Position numbers and translations under genes: made by a program
NCBI GenBank assembly: GCA_965208325.1
Contig: OZ242326.1
Span: 1,056,001 to 1,120,000, forward strand
Reading direction: 5' to 3'
DNA: 64,000 nt
DNA from: Candidatus Poribacteria bacterium
Lineage (GTDB): Bacteria > Poribacteria > WGA-4E > PCPOR2b
The notes under the pieces: model-generated
The model's database searches: none
What the model was told of the DNA's origin: nothing
What the model saw: the letters and a program-made list of their open reading frames with translations, nothing else
In this document: in pieces, positions 19,247 to 29,789 of the stretch
Layout of the letters: every line of letters starts with the position of its first letter
How positions within the stretch are numbered: the stretch's first letter is position 1

Positions 19247-21613
19247 TTAAAAACCTGGGCCAATAGTGAAGTGAATCTTACCCCCCGGCTCCTTAATACC
19301 GTCGCCGTTTCTATCGCGATCAAATCCATATCCCCATTCCAATCGCGCGAGCATGCCCAGCAAATCAAAGCGGATGCCAACGCCGGCACCTTTCTTAAAA
19401 TTAAGGTCTTTGAAGATATTTGGAGTACTCTCGTGCCACACATGTCCGATATCAAAAAACACGGCGCCGGTTAACTGTGGGCTGATTGGAATACGATATT
19501 CGAAATTCCCGTAAACCATTTTGTTTCCACCGAATTCGCCGGTGCTTGGACGGATTTCATGCCATTCATACCCGCGGATGGTGTCGTCGCCGCCGAGGCG
19601 GAATCGTTCATAGCGCAGGTATATGCTATCGTCAAGGCGGCTTTTCAAGTATCCGGCTCGTATATGGGTGGCAAAGACAAAGTGTCGACCTGTATTTACA
19701 AATAAACTGGAGTCGAGAGAATATCTTTGAAACTGATTCTCGGCGCCAAAAATTCCGCCAGCGTACTCATAAGAGGCTGTGTTAAGAAGGCCAGATACCG
19801 GGTAGTATGAACTCCGCCAATAGTCGCGTGTATCCCTTGACAAGAAAAACGTCACGCTGCGTGTCAAGCGGCTGGCAATGTCTTCAGGTTCTAGGGTGAT
19901 TGGGTCGAAGGCTCGGTTGTAATGAACACGCTCGTTCTTCAGGCGAACTGATGCATCCATATCCCTAGTGATGGGACGCCCAAGCGTTATAGCGCCTCCT
20001 TTTCGCGTAAAAATATCACGGTCATTTGTAGATTGGCTTGGGAAAATTCTGTTATACGAATAATACCTATTATATCTATATGACCTACGGGTATTGTACA
20101 AACTCAGATTGAGGCGGGTGGGCGTCCCGAGAATCCAGGGTGTATTGAACCGAAGTTCAGCGGTGTGCCGATCTCTGGCGCCTAACTCGCCCTTCAAGTG
20201 AATACGGTAGGCACGTCCGAAGAGGTTATTTTCGCCGACTTCCGCGACGCCAAAAATTCCCCCTTCAGTTCCATAACCGCCTCCCAAACTAAACATACCC
20301 GTGCGCGGGGATTCCGCAACGTTTACGCTAAGATCCCGCAGTGTTCCTTCCGATTCACTTGGTACAAAGTCCACACCTCGAATGAATGGGCCCATCTGGA
20401 AAAGCCGCTGACGCGCTTTGCGCAAGGAGGCAACATCAAAAAATTCGCCCGATTTTATATCTAAATGATTAAGCTCGCGCCGTATTACATTCTCTCTTGT
20501 CTTTTCTAAACCGTTGATGCTAACTTTATCAATGACGATGACAGCCCCTTCGTTCACGTTCAACGCAATCTTGAGGTTCCCACTCTCTTCGTCATAATTA
20601 GGGTGAGGAACAATCTCGGCTAAGATATAACCCTTATTTTGGTAGGCTTCTTGAATCTCGTCAAGGGATTTTTGAAATTCGCCGCTATTGAAGATTTCGC
20701 CCTCAGGCGGCTCTAGCATATCACGAATCTTTTCTTCGGAAAACGCCGGTTTATCCGACTGTTGAAGTTTAATGTCATATAAATCGACGATGTATTGCGT
20801 GCCTTCATCGACGGTAATGTCCAGCATCATCCCTGTCTTATCATCAGTGAAGCGTTTTGTATAATCGTCGTTGATTTTTGCCTGAGTGTATCCCCTGTCC
20901 TGATAATAGTGAAGCAATGTGAGTAAATCCGCTTTAAGTAATTTTTCGTCAAAATGCTTTCCAACACGGATTTTCATCTGCTTCCCGAGTTTTTTCGAGG
21001 AGACTTCATCGTTGCCAATGAAGTTTATTTCTTGGACCTTGATTCTTGGACCTTCACTAATGTCAAATGTTACCGAAATCGTATTGTTCTCCGGATTCAA
21101 ATCCGCATGGGTTTGCACACCAACTAGATAGTAACCAGCGTCTTTGTAGGCATTAAGAATCTTCTGCTCGCTTTCCCAACGGCGTTGATCGCTGTAGATT
21201 TCGCCTGGTTTGAGTGTAATCTCGCCATTGATTTTTTTGTAACTCAACTTTTCATTCCCAATAATGTTAATGCCGCCTTCAATCTTGGGGCTTTCCGTTA
21301 ACCGATAAATGACTTCAAGTCCGCCTTCATCTAGCGGTTCAACATCAACGGCAATGTCGGAGAAAAAGCCTGTATCTTTGTAAAGATTCTTGATATCCTT
21401 CGTTAATTGGTCAGGAGAAATTTCTTCGCCGACTTTGGTCTGTATAATCGCACGAAGCATGTCCTCCGGACCGCCTTTCGCTCCTTGAAACGAGATTTTC
21501 TTGACAGTCAAGGCGTCATCGTTTGCGGGTGTTGTTTCTTCAGCATAGAGGTTAACTGAACCCATGACTACGGTAAGCATCACAACAAATAAAACGGTTC
21601 TAATCGGGTTCAC
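19247..21613 (-). CDS. bamA: Outer membrane protein assembly factor BamA
   Basis: POTRA repeats, GGDDTIRGY and a C-terminal FTIGPGF beta-signal. Confidence 0.93.
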   Translation of the reverse strand: MNPIRTVLFVVMLTVVMGSVNLYAEETTPANDDALTVKKISFQGAKGGPEDMLRAIIQTKVGEEISPDQLTKDIKNLYKDTGFFSDIAVDVEPLDEGGLEVIYRLTESPKIEGGINIIGNEKLSYKKINGEITLKPGEIYSDQRRWESEQKILNAYKDAGYYLVGVQTHADLNPENNTISVTFDISEGPRIKVQEINFIGNDEVSSKKLGKQMKIRVGKHFDEKLLKADLLTLLHYYQDRGYTQAKINDDYTKRFTDDKTGMMLDITVDEGTQYIVDLYDIKLQQSDKPAFSEEKIRDMLEPPEGEIFNSGEFQKSLDEIQEAYQNKGYILAEIVPHPNYDEESGNLKIALNVNEGAVIVIDKVSINGLEKTRENVIRRELNHLDIKSGEFFDVASLRKARQRLFQMGPFIRGVDFVPSESEGTLRDLSVNVAESPRTGMFSLGGGYGTEGGIFGVAEVGENNLFGRAYRIHLKGELGARDRHTAELRFNTPWILGTPTRLNLSLYNTRRSYRYNRYYSYNRIFPSQSTNDRDIFTRKGGAITLGRPITRDMDASVRLKNERVHYNRAFDPITLEPEDIASRLTRSVTFFLSRDTRDYWRSSYYPVSGLLNTASYEYAGGIFGAENQFQRYSLDSSLFVNTGRHFVFATHIRAGYLKSRLDDSIYLRYERFRLGGDDTIRGYEWHEIRPSTGEFGGNKMVYGNFEYRIPISPQLTGAVFFDIGHVWHESTPNIFKDLNFKKGAGVGIRFDLLGMLARLEWGYGFDRDRNGDGIKEPGGKIHFTIGPGF

Positions 21614-21772
21614 GATGATTTCTCCTTTCTATCGTGTATCCTGCCATCAAGACATAAGTCAACGCGGCCACCAAAAGATGACCTTTGTCGAATATGCATT
21701 TTCGCCTAAACTAATAATCCAAATGCGAGAACTTTCTCCGCGATTCTCTTGGTATACCGAACAATGCCTGCA

Positions 21773-22648
21773 TCAATCGGGATAAATTGGGGAACCCACT
21801 AATCCTGTAATCTGGTGAAATTTCTCAATCAACTTCTGAGTTACGACACCAGGACTCCCATTGCCAATGACACGGCTGTCTATTTTCACAACAGGAATAA
21901 CTTCAGCGGCTGTGCCCGTTAGAAAGCATTCATCAGCGATATAAAGGTCATGGCGCGTGAAAATTTTCTCCTCCACAACAAGATCCAGATCCCTCGCTAA
22001 GTCGATTACCGAATTGCGCGTTACGCCCTCTAGAATGCCAATATGAATGGGCGGGGTGACAACTGTACCATTTTTGACGAAGAAGATATTGTCACCCGAA
22101 CACTCGACAACAAAACCCTCGGCATTAAGCATCAGTGCTTCACCGGCTCCAGCCTGTTTACCCTCTATATTCGCCAAGATATTATTGAGGTAGTTCATCG
22201 ATTTGATCCGCGGGTTTATGGCTTCCGCGTAGTTCCGGCGGGTCGGAACCGTTACGATTTCCAGACCGTCCTCATAGCATTGCTGCGGGTAAAGCGTTAT
22301 GTTATCTGCGATAATAATAATCGTGGGTTGGCCGCACTTGTCCGGGTCCAGACCGAGATCGCCGACACCACGGGTGATTATCAGACGAATATAAGCGTCG
22401 TAAAGATTATTTCGGCGAAGCGTTTCCAATACGGCGGCTTCCATCTCCTCGATTGGCACCGCAATCTCCAGCATGATTGCCTTTGCTGAATCGTAAAGCC
22501 GCTGTAGATGCTCGTCCAACTTAAACACCCGTCCTCCATAGGATCGAATTCCTTCAAAAACTCCATCGCCATAGAGGAGACCGTGATCGAAAACAGAAAC
22601 CTTTGCTTCTCCCTTCGGCACATATTGTCCATTAATATAAACTAACAT
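21773..22648 (-). CDS. ilvE: Branched-chain amino acid aminotransferase
   Basis: YGDGVFEGIR, KSMNYL, ILEGVTR and FLTGTAAE. Confidence 0.93.
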   Translation of the reverse strand: MLVYINGQYVPKGEAKVSVFDHGLLYGDGVFEGIRSYGGRVFKLDEHLQRLYDSAKAIMLEIAVPIEEMEAAVLETLRRNNLYDAYIRLIITRGVGDLGLDPDKCGQPTIIIIADNITLYPQQCYEDGLEIVTVPTRRNYAEAINPRIKSMNYLNNILANIEGKQAGAGEALMLNAEGFVVECSGDNIFFVKNGTVVTPPIHIGILEGVTRNSVIDLARDLDLVVEEKIFTRHDLYIADECFLTGTAAEVIPVVKIDSRVIGNGSPGVVTQKLIEKFHQITGLVGSPIYPD

Positions 22649-22792
22649 AGCAATTTTCCTTCGCACGGCGGGCGACCGTGCGGGTTCCCCTGTAAAATCT
22701 ATCGCTTAAAAATTGAATACGCATTGCCCAAGATTTCGAACCTCGTTCCTAAACCGGGATACAATCTTCGCTAATGCTCTAAATTTCGCTCC

Positions 22793-23494
22793 TTATGAAG
22801 ACTGGCTGTCTATTTGCGCCAAATCTGACACTTTTCCGTCGGCGAGGATAATGTGCCGATCTGCTCGCCGGGCAATCGCTTGATTATGCGTCACAACGAT
22901 TAAAGTTTGACCCAACTGCTTATTAAGGTCCCACAATAAATCAATCACGGCTTCACTTGTCCGACGATCGAGGTTTCCCGTCGGTTCATCTGCTAATACG
23001 GCTTGGGGTTGGTTGATTACAGCGCGCGCGATGGCAACGCGCTGCCGTTCGCCGCCGGACAGTTGGCTAGGGTAATGGGCAAGCCGACCTTCTAAACCCA
23101 CGTAGTCAAGCAAGTCTTTGGCTCGGACGTATCCCGCCTCTGAGTTTTCGCCGGCAATCCACGCTGCCATCGCTACATTTTCGACTGCTGTAAACTCCCC
23201 CAATAGGTGGTGAAACTGAAAGACAAATCCGATTTCCTGATTTCTGAATCCATCTAAACGTCTGTCATTAAAGTCAAAAATATCTCGATTTTCGTAAAAG
23301 ATTTGCCCCCGCGTTGGACGGTCTAACCCGCCAATTAGATGAAGCAGTGTACTCTTTCCAACGCCTGACGCGCCGACAATCGCCAGGATTTCACCCGACT
23401 CCACCTCTAAATCCACCCCTTTGAGTACCGGTAGTTCTGTTAACCCGTCATAATAGGATTTATATAAATCCACAACCCGAATCAGATTACTCAT
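22793..23494 (-). CDS. lolD: Lipoprotein-releasing ABC ATPase LolD
   Basis: [16 protein letters not shown] and ADEPTGNLD; adjacent to lolC/E. Confidence 0.9.
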   Translation of the reverse strand: MSNLIRVVDLYKSYYDGLTELPVLKGVDLEVESGEILAIVGASGVGKSTLLHLIGGLDRPTRGQIFYENRDIFDFNDRRLDGFRNQEIGFVFQFHHLLGEFTAVENVAMAAWIAGENSEAGYVRAKDLLDYVGLEGRLAHYPSQLSGGERQRVAIARAVINQPQAVLADEPTGNLDRRTSEAVIDLLWDLNKQLGQTLIVVTHNQAIARRADRHIILADGKVSDLAQIDSQSS

Positions 23495-24956
23495 ATCTCA
23501 GCGCCTCGACAGGGTTAAGTTTCGAAGCTTGCCATGCAGGGTACATCGTCGCCAACAGGCAGATTGAGAATGATAGGGCGTTAATAAAGCCAACGAAAAA
23601 CCAGTTGATTTTAACGGGTAACCGGTTGAGTTGATAAACCTGACTAAAATCTTGCCCAAATATGCTGTCGAGATAGATGGGTTGAATTAGGCAGAAGAGA
23701 GACAAACCAATTGCCGCCAGCCAAACCAATGTGAGTGTTCCTTTTAGCCCGATATGCAATGTTTTCATTCGCCGCAACGCGAAATGTATCGCAATGGGCA
23801 GCAGAATCAGCAAAGCAAACCAGCGTGAGGGACGGAGTATTTGCAACTCAAGGAACCAACATACGACTAGACCAAACCCTGTGCCCAATAGCGATCCTAG
23901 GATGCCGATGACAGTTCCCTGAAAGACAAAAATTTTCCGAATTGATCCCTTGGAGCCACCCATCGCCCTAAGAATTCCAATGTCGCGTGTTTTTTCCATG
24001 ACCATCATGATTAATGTACTTGCGATATTGAATGCGGCGACAATAATGATTAAAGCCTCAATAATCACGGTCACAATTTTTTCCAACCTAAACGCCTCAA
24101 AAAGGTGTCCGTGAAGCTCCATCCAAGTCTGGGCAATAGGGATAGACCGCAACCCTTCACCAAAACGAAGTTCTTCCAGGATTCGATTACGGATTGCTGG
24201 CGCTAAATCGGCATTATCTATATGCACCTCAATCATATTAATTGCGTTCGGCTGCCCATAAGCTTTCTGCGCTGTTTCTAGGTCGATAAAGCCGAACGCA
24301 TTGTCATAAGTATACATCCCGGACTCGTAAAATCCGATGACAACAAAATTGCGAATTAAAGGAAGAAAACTGTCCGGTTGAACGGGCGACTGCCGCATTT
24401 GGAATATCAGTCGAAGAACATCGCCCTTTGAAACGTGCATGCGATTCGCAACATGGTGACCCAAGACTATACCGCCGGCAATCGTTTCTTTTCCAGCCAG
24501 GCGTTTCCGCACGTCTTCGATCAATCGAGCACTCTTGAAATCGACTGACCCATCGACAAAATTCGAGAATCCCGTTACGTTATCCTCCTTTCGCAAATCA
24601 ATGCCTTTGAGGTAAATTGTCGATTCAATTGTGTCCCTGTCCTTGGGCCAAAGGGCTAGTTGGGTATAAATTACAGGTGAAGCAGCCACGACCCCTTCTA
24701 CCGATTCGACCTGTTGGACTTTTTCCTGGTAATCCTTAAAGTAAACGTCGGGAGATCGAATGATAATGTGAGCTTCATTTGCCAGAAATTTCTGCCTTAA
24801 GCCGTAATCAAATCCGTTCAATACAGAGATAACAAGTATGACAGTTGCAATGCCGAGCGCTACCCCGCCGATAGAAATTACGGTGATAATGGATATAAAG
24901 GACTGCTTGCGCTGCGACCGCAGGTATCGAGAGCCAATGAACCATTCATACTTCAT
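23487..24956 (-). CDS. Lipoprotein-releasing ABC permease LolC/E
   Basis: RYLRS, SVLNGF, EKTRDIGILRAMG and [18 protein letters not shown]. Confidence 0.9.
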   Translation of the reverse strand: MKYEWFIGSRYLRSQRKQSFISIITVISIGGVALGIATVILVISVLNGFDYGLRQKFLANEAHIIIRSPDVYFKDYQEKVQQVESVEGVVAASPVIYTQLALWPKDRDTIESTIYLKGIDLRKEDNVTGFSNFVDGSVDFKSARLIEDVRKRLAGKETIAGGIVLGHHVANRMHVSKGDVLRLIFQMRQSPVQPDSFLPLIRNFVVIGFYESGMYTYDNAFGFIDLETAQKAYGQPNAINMIEVHIDNADLAPAIRNRILEELRFGEGLRSIPIAQTWMELHGHLFEAFRLEKIVTVIIEALIIIVAAFNIASTLIMMVMEKTRDIGILRAMGGSKGSIRKIFVFQGTVIGILGSLLGTGFGLVVCWFLELQILRPSRWFALLILLPIAIHFALRRMKTLHIGLKGTLTLVWLAAIGLSLFCLIQPIYLDSIFGQDFSQVYQLNRLPVKINWFFVGFINALSFSICLLATMYPAWQASKLNPVEALRYE

Positions 24957-25121
24957 AATATGTAACACATTAAATTCACTACGTACATTTCCACTTTAAA
25001 GCAATCCGTGTCCCTTACCTACGGTCTACCGTTCCGCATTTGAGGCATAACCCTGCAACCGCACCTGTTCACCTGGCGCATGACATCACGCGGTACTGTT
25101 ATGGATTCACAATTTCATTAA

Positions 25122-26600
25122 TCACCGTTCGCGTTCCGGGCGCATTTGCGGGAACAAAATTACATCGCGGATTGAACTCTGATCGGTGAGCAGCATTGTG
25201 AGCCGATCTATGCCAATACCGAGTCCTCCCGTCGGCGGCATGCCGTATTCCAAAGCACGCAAATAATCTTCATCCATCATGAACGCTTCCTGCTCGCCTG
25301 CTTCCCACTTCTTGGCTTGCTCTACAAACCGTTCCCTCTGGTCGATGGGATTGTTCAATTCACTGAATGCATTTCCTATTTCCATGCGGCCGATAAACGG
25401 TTCAAATCGTTCGACCAAGTCGTCATTCCCTCGTTTCTTCTTCGCCAGCGGGGAGATTTCAATGGGATAATCGCAAACAAACGTCGGTTGGACAAGGTTG
25501 GGCTCGACCAATTTATCAAACAACAGCGCGATTAGATTCCCCTTCGATTCAGCTCCATCTAGCTCGATTCCGGACTTTAATGCAAAATCCACCAACTGCC
25601 CGCTATTCAGATTCTCGATATCAATTCCAGTTTCATCCTCAATAATCTCAATCATTGAGACTCGGCGCCACGGAGGTGCTAGGGAGATTTCCTCGCCTTG
25701 ATAAGAAATTTCTGTAGTGTTGAGAACCGTTTGCGCGGTGTGAGCAACGAGGTTTTCCGTCAACTCCATCATATCCCCGTAATCCGCATAGGCTTGATAA
25801 AGTTCAAGCATCGTAAATTCGGGATTGTGGTCGCGGTCCATACCCTCATTCCGAAAATCTCTTGCAAATTCGTACACACGGTCAAAGCCGCCAACGATCA
25901 GCCGTTTGAGATACAGTTCGTTCGCAATGCGGAGATAGAACCGAGTATCTAATGCGTTGTGGTGCGTGACAAAGGGACGAGCAAACGCGCCGCCGTAAAT
26001 TGGTTGGAGGATTGGCGTCTCTACTTCAATAAAATCTTGGCTATTGAGGAATTCGCGAATTGCCTGAATGATTTTCGTCCGGTTGATAAAGACCTGTTTT
26101 ACGCCAGGGTTCACGATTAAATCCGCATACCGTTGACGATACCGTGTCTCCTTGTCCTGAAGGCCGTGCCATTTCTCCGGAAGCGGACGCAGGGATTTTG
26201 CCAAAAGCGTAATTTCATTGACCATCACTGTAATTTCGTCGGTTCGAGTCCTAAAAACGAGTCCTTCTACACCAATGACATCTCCCACATCAAGTGATTT
26301 GTATACTGCATACGCTTTTTCGCCTACCAAATCCTTCCGAACAAATATCTGAATTCGGCCTGACATGTCCTGCACATGCGCGAATCCGCTCTTGCCGTGG
26401 TCGCGCTTCGTCATAATACGCCCGGCAATGCAAACAGGCTCAGATTCATCAGGTTGGTGCTCAATGTTGGCAAATTGTTGGTGAATTTCGCGGGTAGTAA
26501 AATTTGGCGAGTAGTTGTATGGATATGGCTGAACGCCGTATTGAAAAATCTCTTCCAATTTTTCTCGGCGTTGACGCAACAATCCGCTAGAATCTTCCAA
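25122..26600 (-). CDS. lysS: Lysine--tRNA ligase (class II)
   Basis: RYRQRYADL, FRNEG, HNPEFTMLE and YGMPPTGGLGIGIDRL. Confidence 0.97.
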   Translation of the reverse strand: MEDSSGLLRQRREKLEEIFQYGVQPYPYNYSPNFTTREIHQQFANIEHQPDESEPVCIAGRIMTKRDHGKSGFAHVQDMSGRIQIFVRKDLVGEKAYAVYKSLDVGDVIGVEGLVFRTRTDEITVMVNEITLLAKSLRPLPEKWHGLQDKETRYRQRYADLIVNPGVKQVFINRTKIIQAIREFLNSQDFIEVETPILQPIYGGAFARPFVTHHNALDTRFYLRIANELYLKRLIVGGFDRVYEFARDFRNEGMDRDHNPEFTMLELYQAYADYGDMMELTENLVAHTAQTVLNTTEISYQGEEISLAPPWRRVSMIEIIEDETGIDIENLNSGQLVDFALKSGIELDGAESKGNLIALLFDKLVEPNLVQPTFVCDYPIEISPLAKKKRGNDDLVERFEPFIGRMEIGNAFSELNNPIDQRERFVEQAKKWEAGEQEAFMMDEDYLRALEYGMPPTGGLGIGIDRLTMLLTDQSSIRDVILFPQMRPERER

Positions 26601-26639
26601 TGGTGATTCCTTCCGGAACTGGCTACCGTAACAAGTTCT

Positions 26640-26668
26640 AGTATAGCACGCCTCTTGCTTTTGGGCAA
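26640..26668 (-). promoter_or_regulatory. Sigma70-type promoter for lysS
   Basis: TTGCCC-17 nt-TATACT with TGn. Confidence 0.5.
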
Positions 26669-26701
26669 CAAAAAAATGGTAACCCTGAGAGGTGATACGC
26701 G

Positions 26702-27803
26702 TTAAGTTTGACTTCTCTTTTTCAAGTAACTTTCGATAAAATTATCTAAATTGCCATCCATGACTGCGTCAATGTTTCCCGTTTCAACATTAGTCCGTAA
26801 ATCTTTTACTAGCCGATAGGGATGAAACACATAGGATCGGATTTGATTGCCAAAATTGATATCCGGGCGTTCTCCCTGCAGCTTCGTAATCTCTTCGCGG
26901 CGGCGCATCTGATAATGTTCGTAGACCCGTGAACGCAATACTTTCATTGCCAATTCCCGGTTCTTATGTTGCGACCGCTCATTCTGGCATTGGGCGACAA
27001 TTCCTGTTGGAATGTGAGTCATCCGGACTGCGGAATCTGTTCGGTTGACATGCTGTCCGCCGGCGCCGCTTGATCGATAAGTATCAATTCGCAGATCGGC
27101 GGGTTGGATGTCAATATCAACAGTCTCACCGATTTCAGGAGAAACGGCAACCGCGGCGAATGAAGTGTGGCGGCGGTGATTAAAATCGAATGGCGAGAGA
27201 CGGACAAGGCGGTGGACACCGACTTCTGCGCTGAGGTAACCGTAGGCATAGTCGCCTGAGACCAAAACGGTCGCACTCTTGATTCCCGCTTCTTCGCCGG
27301 GCATCAGTTCTATGGTTTCGGTTTGGTAGCCGCGGCGCTCACACCAACGCGTATACATTCGCAAGAGCATGAACGCCCAGTCCTGGGATTCTGTGCCGCC
27401 GGCACCGGGGTGAATAGTCAAGATAGCATTACTTATGTCATGCTTACCATTAAGCAGGAGCATGGTTTCTACCTGCTCAATTTGCTCCTCAATACCATCT
27501 AGATTTCTACTAATTTCTCCGCTTACACTCTCATCATTTTCTTCGATTGCCAATTCAAGTAGAATCTGAATATCTTCGAGCTGGGAGTAAAGTTTCCCAA
27601 ATTGTCCAATTTCTTCCTGTAAATTTGCGAGCCGCTGCGTGACTTTTTGGGCGTGTTGAGAGTTATTCCAGAAACCCGGTTCTGACGCCTCCCTTTGAAG
27701 TGCGTCTATCTCTTCCGCTTTACTCGCAATGTCAAAGACACCCCCTGAGATCGAGGAGTCGATTAGAGACCGCTTGGATATTGAGTTTCAAATCAGCTAA
27801 CAT
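26702..27803 (-). CDS. prfB: Peptide chain release factor 2 with programmed +1 frameshift
   Basis: ATG 27803, 23 codons, then AGGGGG-TGT-CTT-TGA-C. The +1 frame continues DIASKAEEID...FWNN into the SPF and GGQ motifs. Confidence 0.96.
27731..27746 (-). promoter_or_regulatory. RF2 frameshift site (internal SD + CTT TGA C)
   Basis: AGGGGGTGTCTTTGAC on the minus strand. Confidence 0.93.
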
Positions 27804-27871
27804 ACTTTCTTCCTTTCATTTTTGCGGTTTACATTGAATGATTTTAGATTTTGGTTCAAGTGCGTTCGTGG

Positions 27872-29419
27872 CTACTGTTGCTTTATCTGTTTGCGAAAGG
27901 GGATGAGTTTGAAGGCGATTCCGGCAGCACGAGTGTACAACAACAATACAATGCAAACGACCGTGCAGATGATTGGCAACCAATCACCGAAACGCGTATA
28001 GAGGGTGCGCTGCTGTTCGTTTATGGGGACTTGCGCAATCAAGAAATCCTGCTCTGCATTGGGATGAATCGGCTTGGTTATTACATTGCCATACGAGTCA
28101 ATTATACATGAAATTCCTCCATTCGCGCAACGGAAAACTGGGACTCGGTTCTCGACTGCGCGAAACGGGGCAACTGAGAAATGTTGATGGGGCGCTGCCG
28201 TCCCATCAAACCATGCGTCATTGGTGAGAATACCCATAACAGTTGCTCCCTTTTTAACAAACATTCGGAAATGATTTGGAAACACGGATTCGAAACAGAT
28301 GGAAATTCCCATCCGCGCGTCTTTGGTAAGTGGAATTGGAAAGATATTCACCGACTTCCCCGGTTCATACGGTTTAAACTGGATGAGATTCGGGAGGTAG
28401 CGGCCGAGCGGGACATATTCACCGAACGGCACTAGATGCATCTTGGAATAGCTGCCGATTTCCTCGCCGTTTGGGGATAGCAGAAACACCCGATTATACA
28501 CCTTCGAGTCGGGGCTATAATGCGGCGCCCCAATGAGTAAGTTTATCTGTCCGTCAGACAATGTCTGCTCCAATTTTTTGCGATAGTCATTTGGCGCTGA
28601 AAAAATGGCGCCGGGGATAGCGGTCTCGGGTAATACAATGAGAACGGGGCGGGCAGTATCGGCTTGTTCAATCAGATTCACGTATTTATTGAAGATCTTA
28701 TTCAAGTTTTTCCCCCGCCATTTCTCTTCCTGCGGCACATTGCCGGGTACAAGTGCTATTTTAATCGTCGAGGCGGCCTGACGTGGAGTGGACATAGCAA
28801 CTACTCCGTAAACAAGCGAGGCGATAACAATAAAGAGCGGCAATGCCGCCGACTTGAGTTGGCGCCGCCAGAATGGACGCGCACAAAACACGTTTGCGAT
28901 TGCGGCATTGAGGAGAACAATGATGAAGCTTACGCCGTGTACACCCGTTATTGATGCAATTTGAATTGCGTATGAGTTATTCCATTGGCTATATCCCATG
29001 CTTCCCCAAGGAAACCCGGTTAGCATCCAGCTGCGAACCCATTCTAACGCTGTCCAAATCACCGGAACCATGAACATATACCGCAAATCGGAATTCCAAG
29101 GAAACCGAAATATAATGGCAGAAAAAATAGCTGGGTAGACGGCAAGATAGGCAACCAGCGCGGCGCACGCGAACGATGTCACAAAGATATTCGCAAACGG
29201 ATAGAGCAGGGCTATCCAATAGGTCATGCCGAAGAAAAAAATGGCGCCGGCAACGTATCCACACCAAAATGCTGTCTTCCAACTGGATGCCGAATTCAAG
29301 CTAACCAGAAGAGGGGTAAGCCCCACCCACGCGAGAGGAAACAGATTAAAGTTCGGTTGGCTGAAAATTAGCAGTAGGCCGGATAAGCCCGCGAGAACGA
29401 ATTTCTGATAACGTTTCAT
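27872..29419 (-). CDS. lnt: Apolipoprotein N-acyltransferase
   Basis: TM N-terminus, TGFPW, PETA, YSKMHLVPFGEY, ICFES and TNDAWF. Confidence 0.95.
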   Translation of the reverse strand: MKRYQKFVLAGLSGLLLIFSQPNFNLFPLAWVGLTPLLVSLNSASSWKTAFWCGYVAGAIFFFGMTYWIALLYPFANIFVTSFACAALVAYLAVYPAIFSAIIFRFPWNSDLRYMFMVPVIWTALEWVRSWMLTGFPWGSMGYSQWNNSYAIQIASITGVHGVSFIIVLLNAAIANVFCARPFWRRQLKSAALPLFIVIASLVYGVVAMSTPRQAASTIKIALVPGNVPQEEKWRGKNLNKIFNKYVNLIEQADTARPVLIVLPETAIPGAIFSAPNDYRKKLEQTLSDGQINLLIGAPHYSPDSKVYNRVFLLSPNGEEIGSYSKMHLVPFGEYVPLGRYLPNLIQFKPYEPGKSVNIFPIPLTKDARMGISICFESVFPNHFRMFVKKGATVMGILTNDAWFDGTAAPHQHFSVAPFRAVENRVPVFRCANGGISCIIDSYGNVITKPIHPNAEQDFLIAQVPINEQQRTLYTRFGDWLPIICTVVCIVLLLYTRAAGIAFKLIPFRKQIKQQ

Positions 29420-29789
29420 GCTCTAACCTAAAAGGCTCAAAAAACGAGTCCTTCATCCCATGCCGCCGTCGATGCATCTCAGAAAAAGCAGGCGCATTGG
29501 AATTCAATACGAAATTCTTAAAAGGCGATGAATCTCAATTACCCGCCGTGATACACGGCACTAACTTGCGCCGCCGCGTCGCGTGATGTGTAATTGGACC
29601 GGGCAGGGCTTAGCTCAGAAATCAGCATGTATGGCGTTGCAAGCCCAAGGATTCAAATGGGAATAAGAATTTTGGAGTAGATATAGCGGGAAAAGGCTGC
29701 GCCAAACGGCAAACATCAATTCAAAACCGGAATTCGGGCGAATCCGTGAATCGCAGGTAAATCTCGCATGGGAATGCTGGTCCCACCTG

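Noticed and set aside
29420..29789. ncRNA or riboswitch in the mraY-lnt gap
   Set aside because: No recognisable motif or convincing structure by eye; an Rfam scan would be needed.
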